Shown here: positions 26,917 to 39,168 of the stretch, piece by piece
Numbering within the stretch: position 1 is the first letter of the stretch
Layout of the letters: each line of letters starts with the position of its first letter
Origin: Chrysomallon squamiferum
Taxonomy: Eukaryota; Animalia; Mollusca
Reading direction: 5' to 3'
DNA: 64,000 bases
Assembly (NCBI GenBank): GCA_012295275.1
Contig: CM022665.1
Span: 1,302,001 to 1,366,000, forward strand
Made by a program: the position numbers and the translations under genes
Notes under the pieces: generated by a model
The model's database searches: none
Seen by the model: only the letters and a program-made list of their open reading frames with translations
Told to the model about the DNA's origin: nothing

Positions 26917-27459
26917 CAGGAATGTACTCCAGTGCAATCTGGTTTTAGTAGTTTTGAAATAAATCACAGTTCTGGGCCTGACCAAAATCAAATAAACAGG
27001 TTTACTCAGTCACCAAAGTCATGTCAAATTAAATACAGCAACATGAAACAGTTATTGTGCACACAGTGACTATACAAAAAAGCATGGCTAACAGGTGCCT
27101 AGAAAAGATGAGAAAAATAGAACTGCATCAGCATTTCTGCCAGCTAGATAGATGGATAATTTTAGGAGAAAAAAACAACATAAAACAGAACTTTTTTAAT
27201 TTAGTAGTCTGGCTATCATTTATTACAATAATTGATGAAATAACTACCTGAACACTGATACAACTATAGAGAAAATGTTATGTAATGTGTAAAGTGACAC
27301 TGACAGACATCTTTAAAAAATGAGTGACTTAATTATTATGAACAGATAAGTAGAACAAATAATAAACTGAACCCAAATGCTGCAAATCCCTCCCTTAAAA
27401 GTCTTACCCATCTTGGCTTATTTGTTTTAAAATCACATTGTTTGATCTCTCTACAGACC

Positions 27460-27570
27460 TTGTTTCTGGCCCTGGCACTTGGACTGCATGTCAACTAAGT
27501 CCACCTGAGTTATGGAACTTAATGCCTTTGGTAATTGGTCTCTTTCACTTCTGTTGACACAATCAATGCA
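27460..27570 (-). mobile_element. Relic of a KRBA2/SCAND3-like (Ginger/GIN-type) integrase
   Basis: With two frameshifts, the reverse strand reads CID-CQQK*KRPITKGI...QVDLVDMQSKCQGQ. This resembles CxxCQxKRKRPxTKGVVVKPI...QVDLIDMQS of this integrase family. The internal TGA is consistent with CGA deamination. Confidence 0.65.
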
Positions 27571-28369
27571 AAAACTGCGCTGGAAGCTGGGGTTTTGAAT
27601 CAAATGAAAGGCTTGATTATAATGTCAAAAATCTAGCCTCGCATTTTCTTCCTCTGTTTGAATAAAATACAAGTGCAACTGTGTAAATATATTTGTTTTA
27701 AAGTGAGAGGGCCACTTCCTGTCAGATAATAATATTAACAAAACAAAGTCTATAAATCAAATGGAATATAACCAAATCAGTGCATTATTATCAGTCGCTT
27801 AGGGGATGTCATATCTGATATTTTAAATTACACATACAGGTATAGATCTAGAGTTTATAAAGTACCACTGCTCTATAGCCACCAAAGATTATCATGTTCC
27901 AGAGAAAATGGTAGAAAAACACATGTGGATTTCACATTCCAATTTGTGTTTTCACCATTTTTCCCACCAGTTTACCATGTGTCAATGTTATGAGGGGAAA
28001 GAAAATATGTTCAGAGCAATTATTTTCAAGAATTATAATTATGAAAACAAATTCCAAGAAGTAATTCACTACTAAATGGAACCTTTTGTCTTATTAATAA
28101 CAGAATTTTAAATAAAAATAAATGCATTTATATGTTGAAATAATTTGAATTTGAATTTTTTTTTTTGCAAACAAATATATTAATATTTTCACAGTGAAAT
28201 TATACATTACACACATTAGTTATTTCTGTAAAACATTTTCTGTAACAGATATTTATATAAATAATTTATTTTCTCTTTTCAGTAACCTCAACTAGAAAAC
28301 TGAAATGAAAAAGGAAATCTTTCATCTCATTAAGTTGACAGTGAATTCAGGTTAGTCCTACCCCACTTA

Positions 28370-29301
28370 AATATCATCATCTAATCAGACATTTTATTAT
28401 CTTGATGCTACAGTATCTAAATCCAAAGAAAACGTGTACAGATAATCTAATCAAACATTCTAATTCAGATATGTTTATCAAATTTTCAGATAAACTAACA
28501 AAAACCAACTGAATTAGATACTTTTATCAAGTGTTCATATAAACCTACAAAGAAACCTGAATGATGCTATTTTCCAGTGTGTTGATAAACTAACAAAACA
28601 ACCTAAGATTGTGTTACAACACTGATAATCTAACAAATTAATCTGCTGTTATCCAGTATATAGATAGTGTTTCATGTTTTCATGCTGTAGATAACTGAAA
28701 AAAGATAATCTGAATAATATTCTTTTATCCCATGTGCAGATGATCTAATTAAACCATCAATATAAATCAGATATTACTATGAGGATACAAATCTAAAACA
28801 AACAAAAGATTACACTGTTATCAAGTGTGTAGATAATTTGTGAAAACAACCCAAATCTTTGCTATGAAGTATGTAGATAAATCAACACAACAACCTGAAT
28901 CGGATATCTTAATTAATTAACTTAAACCAAATAATTTACCAAGTCTGTAGATAATCCAAGAAAATGATCTGAATCAGATTCTATTATCAACAAACACACT
29001 TTACAAAACAGTCTAAATGAGATACTATGATATATTAGGGAGATAATCCAATGAACACTAATTCTAAATAAAATATCATTAACATGGATGTAGATGAACC
29101 AACAAATCAACGTAAACTGAATGTTATCAATTCTGTAGGTAATCTAACAAAATATCTTGAAAGATACTTTTAACCACTGTGTACACAATCCAGGAAACTC
29201 CAAACTAAATCAGATACTTTTGTACAGTGTGTAGACATGTTTAAAATAATCCCTACAAATAACACAAAATATTTTTTTTTTTTTTTTTTTTTTAAAAAGA
29301 C

Positions 29302-29339
<38 letters not shown>

Positions 29340-29915
29340 TCAAATTAAAAAGCTTTAATAAAACCTGAAAAAAACCCAAAACAATACACAACATAAAATT
29401 AAATCAGATACCTTTATCCAGCATATAGCTAATCTAATAAAACAACAGGAATATTATCTGTATAATGTAACAAAATATAAAACAAAACAGTTATCCAGTC
29501 TGTTACTAATCCAAGAAAAAATCTGATTGACATACTGTTATCCAAGGTGTTTATAATCCACGAAATATCCAGTATCAGGTTTGGATATGCTGTGAAAATG
29601 ACCTGAATCGGTTACTAACCAAGTGTATTATCAAACAAAAAAACTGACCTGTATCAGACAATGCAGTGAAGCATGTAAATACTAACAAAACAACCTGACA
29701 TATTGTTGAAACATAGATAATCTAACAAAATAATCAGATTAAACCAAACCTTGTTAACTTTTCTAGTATGTAGATAATCTAAGAAAACAACATTAAACAA
29801 ATGATACTACCCAGTCTGTAGATAATTCAGTAAAAGAATCTGAATGAGATACTGTTATCTAGTGTGCAGACAATCCAACAAATTATAATAACTCAGCTAA
29901 TTATCCGTTAGATAA
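28370..29915. repeat. Decayed ~48-bp tandem repeat array (minisatellite)
   Basis: Recurring unit approximating GATAATCTAACAAAACAACCTGAATCAGATACTGTTATCCAGTGTGTA, roughly 30 diverged copies, interrupted by a poly-T/(TAA)n tract at ~29270-29340. Confidence 0.8.
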
Positions 29916-31764
29916 TTAAAAAAAACACAAAAAACAAAAACAACAACAAGAAAAGCAAGGAAACAAACAAATCAAACACACACTGCAAAACAGGAAACCA
30001 AAGTAAACCAAAGTGTGTACTCCTCTTGAAACAAAATAGTAAATGAGCCAATGGCACCAAAAACCCCACCAAAAAACCCTTTACAATGATCTATATATGT
30101 TGTTGGTGTTAGACATCTAAAATGAATTCAATACAGTAAAGATCTGTTCACTGAAAATCAAATACAGACAAGGGCATCAGTGTAATGGCTAACCTTACAA
30201 GGTTGCTGGATTTATACATTTATTACACATTACATTCTATTTATGTATTTTGTATTAAACTATTATAACTCTTAGTGATTGTTCAGTATTTTAAGAACAT
30301 CAAGAAATTAAAGTATTCTTGATTCCACAACCACCCAAGCTGCATGTACAGGTATCTAAACCAACTGTTTTATTTACACAACATCTGGCATTGCACATAA
30401 GTGCTGGATACACGTAGCAAAATTAACAGTAGTTCCTCAACACTATAAACTTTCAAGTTCTTAGCTGGTAGTACAAATGTCAACACAGCTAACAATGTCC
30501 AGTTTAGCTGCTTGTTGACCAGTTCAAAAGCTGGAAGAACATATCTACCACTGGGTTTTCAAATACAGGCACTGATCTATAAGCATCAGATAAAACATAT
30601 TTTGCTGCATCAATTATATTAATATTCAAAAAATATATTTCAGTTATTGAAAAAAAATAATAAAATCTTATAAAAATAACTTACAGATAATACTGTATGT
30701 ATATAACAATATTCCTAAACACTGTCACTGAAAATTTGCAAATATATTATAAGTCCACTCAAAACAGAATTCCAAAAATAAAAAAATAAACAGACTGACT
30801 AAAAGTAAAAGTCATTTTGTTGAAGAAAGGTAAAATATTTAAACGGTGGGTCTAAAATCAAAGTTACAAACACATAAATAGTTTTATAAAATGCTTTCAT
30901 ATTTAGATTAAAATTATATGCAAATTTCAATAACATGAAAATTAGTTATTTGCAAATTATAATATACATGTCTGTATGATGGTACACTACAAACAATATC
31001 AGTACGAAAAATAAAAGTACAGCTTTAATTTGTTATTTTCCAGTTTAGTCTAACTTATTAAAACACTAACTTATAATTCTGTTAGAATATTATAAACTGT
31101 TTGAGGTTCTGCAGTGATGTAACATCTGCTTTCCTCACTGAACTCTCCAAGTACATTTACTGTCATTCACCTCAACCTTACTGTCAAATACAAATCATCA
31201 CACTTTGAGTTACACCAGTTTGTTTTCTTATTAACATATGATTTAATATATCTGATAGTTTAATGTGTGTTTATGTATGTATGTATGTATGTAAACTGAT
31301 TAAATTTAAACAATAATTAAACAATTTTCCAATAAATAAATATAAATATATATTTTTTATTATATTTTAAATTAAGCATAAAACTGAGAAGACAAATTAT
31401 ACTTTTATGTTTGCTAAACTGTATTGCTTTCATTTATTTTCAGTTGGTTTTTTTCATTCTATCTGTGATTTTTTCTTTTTTCCCTCTCTTATTCTTTCTT
31501 TTGAAACTGATTAAAGTTAAAGTATGTAAAATCAAACAGTGGATTTATACTGTATTAACAGGCAGAATATTATCTCTTTATTTCTTTATACATTGCTTCC
31601 TCAAACATTGTCAGTAGTATATTTTGTCTACCATATCCATCAGAAACTGATACTGACACCAAACCAAAGTTATACATACAACACAAAACTACAGTTTACA
31701 TAACAATGCTATAAATTCATTCACAACATATATATATATATATATGTATAAATTAATTCACTAC

Positions 31765-31808
<44 letters not shown>

Positions 31809-32420
31809 CACTCAACAACAAACAATCCATGTGTACCAAAAATAAACCTTTAAGTCTGATATATTTTATCAAAGACCATACAAAAAAAAACAACACTTTT
31901 GTGAACATTTATGTATAAACACACAAACAGGCCAGGAAACAAGAAAGAAAAGAACAAAAATTTCTTTCTCTTAAAATATATATTTTGTAATTGCAGTTTA
32001 TTCATCTGATGCTGCTTTATTATATTTAGCAATAATTCAAAAACATTAGATGGGTGGAGCTCAAGTCTTCAGCAGATTTTAAACCTCCAGTTTTATTGCC
32101 CAAACTGTGCCTCATAGATGGTGTAACCACCCTAGATAAAACAGTCTGTGAATGTAGTCTAATCCCTGATATTCTACTGCATGACTATTGCTGTTTGCTG
32201 AACTTGTTAACACATCCATTTTAGATAGGATTGTCTCCACCCTCCTGTTTTGTTGACTGATGACTGTCATACCTACTGATAATTCCAGTTGTTATTTGAA
32301 AATGTCTACTAAAATTTCAGTTTTATTAACAAACTGTACAAATAAAATTACAGAATTAATATTTCTTTCTAGTTAATTTCGATTGTGCATGCTTGCTTAT
32401 GTAAGAAGTATATAAGAAGC

Positions 32421-32457
<37 letters not shown>

Positions 32458-35400
32458 ACAAAACAAATATGTTTAATGCACTATAATGTAATGTAAACTT
32501 AAAATATTTTAATTCTTTGATGATCTGGTCAGGAATAGTGACTGACCAGTAGATAACTGGAATGGTGTCATTTTTCCTGTAGGGCAGACAGATCATCAGA
32601 GATTTAATAATAATAACTTTGAAAAATCTTTTGTCTATTTCTCTTGCCTAACAGCACAAGTCTTTCTACTCTGTGATGGTCTGTGCAGTAGCAGTTATAA
32701 CCAGTGAATAATCTGGAACAAATTCATTACTCCTGTGGGGCAGACAGATCATTGTAGAGCTTTCACTTTTCATCTACCAATGCAGAGTTTAAATAATAGA
32801 ACATTTAAATCAGATGTGCTTATGTCTAATAACTAACTAAATTTATATTCAGTAATTTTACAACAACTATTACTATTAACCATCAACTTCAAAATTAAAT
32901 GCAAGGAAAAGAAAAGAAGTATAAACAAATATATTTTTCAACAGATTTCCAAAACTAAAATGTAAATAATGTAATGTTTTGTGAGCATCTTTAAAGAAAC
33001 TAATATTATTAGCCAACAGTTTAATGGAAACAAGCCAACTACTTTGCTATCAGCAAAAGTGTTGTTAGATTTTGATGATCTCTTGTCTGAAACCTTGAAC
33101 GAAATGAGATCAAAATCTAAAATGGATATAATTCAGTATCAGCAACCAGAAATCCAGTCATCAACTTAAATTCTATTTCAGCTGAACTGTTTAAATCGCT
33201 TACTGACTGAAATTTGTATGTGTCAGAGAATCAGTTACTTTGTGAAGAATTTGACAATTTCAGTTCCTTTGAGATGCAAGTTAAATTTCACAGTCGATGA
33301 CAATCATCTTTCTTTTCCCCACTTGTTATTCTTCATGTGTAAAACATAATCTAAGAACAGAGCAGATTCTTAACTGTTGAACATTTTTATCACTTATCTG
33401 TGATATACCTCAAGTTTACATGCATACAATCATTCAAGTTTAAATAATAATTAATTATTTTAAAAGGTAACAAATTAAAACAGATAGATTTGGAAGATAC
33501 AAGGTCATTCATGTTGGGTATACTGATTAGGCAAAATAATAAATAAAAGACAAAGGATAATTAATAAAAATTACATAATTTTTAAAAATAATTTCAGCAA
33601 AGTGGTTTTTTTTTTTGTTTTTGTTTGTTGTATTTTTAAATTTTTTAATTAAAGAAACCTACTGAATTTTTAAGTAAATGGAGAAAAAGCTGACACATTA
33701 AATTTAAGCTACTGTTTTCAGTTAGCTGATTTGTAAAAACATACAAAGATTTCAGTATTTTTTTAAATGTAAAGCTGTATTTATCTCTGCATACATACAA
33801 ATGCTATACTGTCATACAGCACACAAAGCACAGACTTTAAGTTATTAACAACACCTAGAAAACTATACATAAAATATAACACTGCTACATTGTACTTATT
33901 TATTATGAGCAAACTGGCCAGTAGCTATAACCTGTTTGATTCATATAAGAAAACAAAAATGGTATGATAAGCTAAACATGTTGTAGCATTTAGTTATTTA
34001 TGAATTTGTTACCAAATTTAACACTAAATATATTTACCTATCTTTATTGTAAGAGTTACCGAATTCTAATCCTAATGGTAAACCTGTTAGCTATATACAT
34101 ATCTACACAGCAGAAATGTGTTAAGATTATAATTCATCACACACACATATCAGATAAGTAAATAAGTGAAACTAGGGGCTTCAGAAAATCCCTAAAACAT
34201 CCAGTAACTCTTGAAAATACTATGTCTCTATTGGATGTCATTAGTTCACTAAATTCTGTAGAGAGTTCAGGTAACAACTGAAAAATGCACTGTTATATTA
34301 GACAACTTTAGGAAGACTGTGAAATAAGTGATTATTTTTATGATTCTTTTGATAAGAATTTGAATTTGTTAATTATATACTTTAGTAACTGTTTTACAAT
34401 TGCTGTTACATAGTACTCTGATTAAATATTACGCAACATACAAATACATAATAATAAATTATCCTTGTTGCAAGCAAAGAAATTACATTGATTCTTAAAA
34501 CAAAGTTATTAAAGAAAAATAAAATAAAATAAAAAGGTTTTTTTTTGTTGTATTTTTTAAAGTCATATTATTATTATTATTATACTGATTAAACCTCTCA
34601 GTTTCAATATATTCTTTATATAATTATAATGTAAAAAAGAATAAATATAAAAAGAACAAGAAGATCCGAAGTGATGCACATGTTTCTACCAGCATGCATG
34701 CTGTCTTTGTTTTGTTTTTATTGCATTGAAGAGAAAAAGTAAATATAATGAAATCAAACAATCACCATGTTCTTTGGACATTATTTAAAATCCATAAATT
34801 AGTTATAATCACTTTTTAATTAGGTTAATGAGAAAGAGTGCAATATTTGGTATTTTTTAAAAGTAGTCATGACTACAATGACTGAAATATGAAAATATTA
34901 AAGATTTGAGTACTTTTTTTTTGTATTTAATAAACATTTTAAACAGCATCTAATTGCACATGAAATGGTCATTTCGCTCTTGGTGAGATCACCTGGATAA
35001 GATTTAACATCTGATAAAGTATGAAACTATTACAATCTCCAAACAAATCTACTGAAATTAATAATGTAATTCCTGTCTCAAGTCAGAGTATTATATTTTA
35101 AGATTTGTCACTTATTGATTTCACTTACTGTGACCAAGTTTTCAGATTCAGGAGACATATCAAACACACACACTTATATTTTAAAATCATTTTTGTCTTT
35201 GATATGTATGTGTGTGTGTGTGAACCAATATCATTATTCACTTTTTCTCAAAACACTGGGAAATGGGAACATTTATTTCTTTGTACAGTTAAGTAAATGT
35301 TTTTTTTTTTTTTTTTTTTTAAATAAAATTACTATATTACATGCAATTTGTGATGGAGGAAATCTTAATGTTTCAAAATAATAAAACTGTTAGGAGTAGT

Positions 35401-35899
35401 AAGAACTTTTGTTTGAATTTTGTAATAGTTCTTCACAGTGACTAAGTGGCCATGTGCATCATCATAACATATTCAGGGAATGGACATTTGGCAGACTGCA
35501 TGTACTAATACATGATGAGCTGACTGCAGCAATCTGATAATAACAAAGGCACCAACTTTTGCATACTGGCATGCCACGCTAATTTCTTCTTAAGGTTTCG
35601 AAAATAACCACATAAATCTTATTCAGGAAATGTGACAGAAAATTAACTTATGTTCGCTGTATGTTTTGAGATACATGCTTATATTTGTATATTCAAACGT
35701 AAATATGCCTCAGAAAAAAAAAAAAAAAAAGTAACAAAAAAAAAAAAATCTTTTTCCCTGTTTCGTTTATTACATATTTCTTCTGTAGTGGACGCAAAAG
35801 AATGCCACCCAACATTTTAGCAAAACTGTATTGCCTAGGCTGTATGCATTGCGTCTGTTTACAATGTACATAAAGAAACATAACAATGAAGTGTGTGGG

Positions 35900-36349
35900 T
35901 CTATGTTATTTGACGAGTGAATCGACTTGTTATTGAGAGGAAATTGTTTTCCTTGTCGCTATGGTGCGCTATGGCGTTGCAGAGACTAGTAGCGCGCGGT
36001 TTTATTTGCCCGTTATACATGTGCCTTGTACTTCAGTATTGACTTGGAAAAAGCGGAATAACGTAAATGACAATAAGACATCAGAAACACTGAACTCAAA
36101 CGCTCTACGGTTTGTTAATCAGATGACAGAACGGAAGGTTTAGTGAACCGGATTGAGACGATAGATTTTTCTATCTAATCAGTCAGACTTCACACTTGAA
36201 TACGTTCAAACCGAACAGTCAGAGTTCGATAGGAATATTTATATACAGACAGATCTGTTACCAGCTATGCTTCTGACTCCGCGATATCACTAAAGTGGAT
36301 AACAATACAGTTTATACGGTTTAGAAACAAAGTGCGATTAAAATTCAAG
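35900..36349 (+). promoter_or_regulatory. CpG-rich promoter/5'UTR region of the CFAP97-annexin gene
   Basis: Abrupt CpG-dense stretch (GTCGCTATGGTGCGCTATGGCGTTGC, AGCGCGCGG) immediately upstream of the ATG at 36350. Confidence 0.55.
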
Positions 36350-38695
36350 ATGCCGAGATACAGCACACAGTTTCCTGCAGCCAGTAAGATTTTGTCTAAG
36401 TATGAACATGACAGGGCTTTTCGACTGCATAGAGAAAAGGTAAAATCATTTTTCTTTCTTTAAATAGAAAACAAACAAAAAACAACAAACAACAAAGAAC
36501 AACAACAACAACAACAAAAAAAAAAAACCGAACTAAACAACTGCAAATAAAATTTTAAGCTTGCCAAACTGAGAAATAACTATTGATGATTACTTGCAGA
36601 TGCTTATTTATTACTGAACAAAGTGTAAAACTGCACTAATAATTACACAAACAAACATATGTACACGAATTTATTAGACATTTATTACCTTTATCGTTTA
36701 AATACTGTAGTGAGTCTTTTCCGATCAAGTGTACAATGCAAATACAGATTGATAATGGATAGGAATATGCTCGTGCTATTTTGCTGTAAACCTCTTTTCA
36801 TCTTTTAAAATTATATCCGCTACAATGATGGCGCCCCACTTGGTAAAATACTGGATCCTTCCTCTCTTCTCTTTTTTTTTTTTTTTAGCACACGTATCAA
36901 ATAGAGGCAGAGTGCAAATAAAGTTCAGTGACGCCCACTGAACAAAGAGATAGACGCACTACCGAACTTGTAGTTTTTTTTCTTACTGCACATTTCAAGT
37001 CTGTCGTGTTACATGTTACAGAGATGGCACTAAAATAAGTCGTGATATTTCTTAAGTTGCCCCAAAATTTACTGACTTTTCTATTTTCTAAATCGATGTA
37101 AAGTTTTCATTTCAACAACTATAATTAATAATAAAGTAAAATAAATTAACTCTTAAAATTGAAATTTAATATTGATGCAAAAAGATACAACTCACTTTTC
37201 ACTGAATCAGTATGATCGGTTATTAGTAGTTAATGATAGAAATTCGTTTAAATTTGTCCCAGAGAAACACAGATCCATTGCTGAATGGAGTGTCGGTTGT
37301 GGGTTTTCTCTCGTATTTCATTCTGTACGTTTGACACATAATAAACATTAATATGTTAAGCATCTATTCATTTTCGTTTTTCTTGTTCATGTCATACGTA
37401 TATATATTTGAAAATATATATCTGCATTTTTATATATGTGGTTAGTAGTAAAGCTTTTTTAAATTTTTTTAAATTGTTTTATGTTATACATTCTTGTATG
37501 CACACTGTAGATATGTACATATGTTTAGTATCTATATGGGAATTTCTGACCCTGTATATCTTCATACTGTACCACTTTTTAGAATACACTGAATGATTTC
37601 TTAGGGAAGATCTGTAAAATGTGTATTTAGTGCTGAAAATCTGTTATATCTTACTAATTATGAAAAATGACATATTGATAAGAAAACTGAGAAAAATAAG
37701 TCAGACAGACTAATAGTGAAAGAAAGACCAAGTGACAGCCATCCAAACATTCATAAACAAACAGGATAAAAGTAAAGCAGATTAACATACATAGCATGCA
37801 TACACAGAGAGAAAGAGACTGACAGATGGAAGTAGACTGAATGATTCATTGATTAATTATAAATTTACTTCAAAAAATATTTTTTATGTTGGGCCTTATT
37901 GTACAGTTTTTTGTGTTTTTTTTATTTTTTTATTTATTTCCAAATTGCCATTTCTCACTGTAAGTCAATCAATTCGTTACGATTTATAAAATTGATTTGA
38001 AATGCAATAATGCGTGTGTTAGAACCTTTTATTGGAATTGCTTAGTGAAATAGAAAACAATTTCCGAACATTTCAGTGCATAGAGAAAGCTCCATTTTTT
38101 TCAACTGATCGTTTGAAATAAATCACTTAATTTATAAACGATAAAGTAATATCTGTATTAGAACTTCGTTTTGAAAATTAATTACAAAATATTCAGGAAT
38201 TCACAGTCAAGTTACAAACAGAATGAAATAGTTAATTTTGTTGTTAAAATGTTAATTGTTATAAATAATAATACTGAAATAAGATGCCCTCTCCAACAAA
38301 ATTACAAAAGGAAAAAAACAAAAACAAAAGAAAAACAAAAAGAAGACGAAATAAAATAAAACTACAGGAACTGAAATATCTATATATATTCATATGATGA
38401 CTTCTGTATAATTTTAATTCAGACTTTATAATATTCAGCATGATAACTAATATTTCTTTGAATTTTCTCTCTTTTTTATTTTATATTCTTCTTCTTCTTC
38501 TTCTTCTTATTATTATTATAACTTTTTAATTTAATTTTATTATTATTGTTTTGTTTTTTAATTGATATATATGAAAAACTGTTCAAAGGACTGATTAAAA
38601 AAAAAATATATATATATATCCTGCTAAAGCGAAACATTCTAAATTTTCCTTTGATCCCAATTATTTTTTAAATGCTCTCTTTAGACTGTATTAGA

Positions 38696-38763
<68 letters not shown>

Positions 38764-39114
38764 ACGCACGCACGCACACACACAAGGCAGTAAAGTCGAA
38801 CATTTTGTCGTGGATTGAGAAAATGTGATAAAAGACTGAAATAGTGTCAGACAGACTGATAACGAGATATATCGATTGTATATCATCCTATTGTATTAAT
38901 GTTGACTGACGGAATTTAATTTTATTTAAATAATGTACTAAAATATGATTCAAACGTGAAAAAATTGCCATTTTAATTAGTTAGTCTGAAATCATCAAGA
39001 ACACAATAAAGAAAAAAAGGCGCATACACTTATTAAAAAAGATAAATAATAAAAATAAAAAACAATTTATCAAATTATAATTTCTGTTCCTAAAACAGAT
39101 TAAAGTCAGTACAA

Positions 39115-39168
<54 letters not shown>

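Noticed and set aside
28370-29915. CRISPR-like interpretation of the periodic array
   Set aside because: The whole unit is repeated and decayed with no unique spacers, in a eukaryotic context with no cas genes.
23745-31570. Shared ~60-100-bp segment at ~23750-23820 and ~31485-31570 (TCAAACAGT.GATTTATACTGTATTAACA)
   Set aside because: Looks like an ordinary diverged dispersed repeat with no structure or coding signal.
32525-32760. Minus-strand TGATGA...CTGA segment resembling a C/D snoRNA; repeated CCTGT(A/G)GGGCAGACAGATCAT motif
   Set aside because: The C box lacks the leading purine, the second copy lacks the box, and no rRNA guide was recognizable; probably a local duplication.
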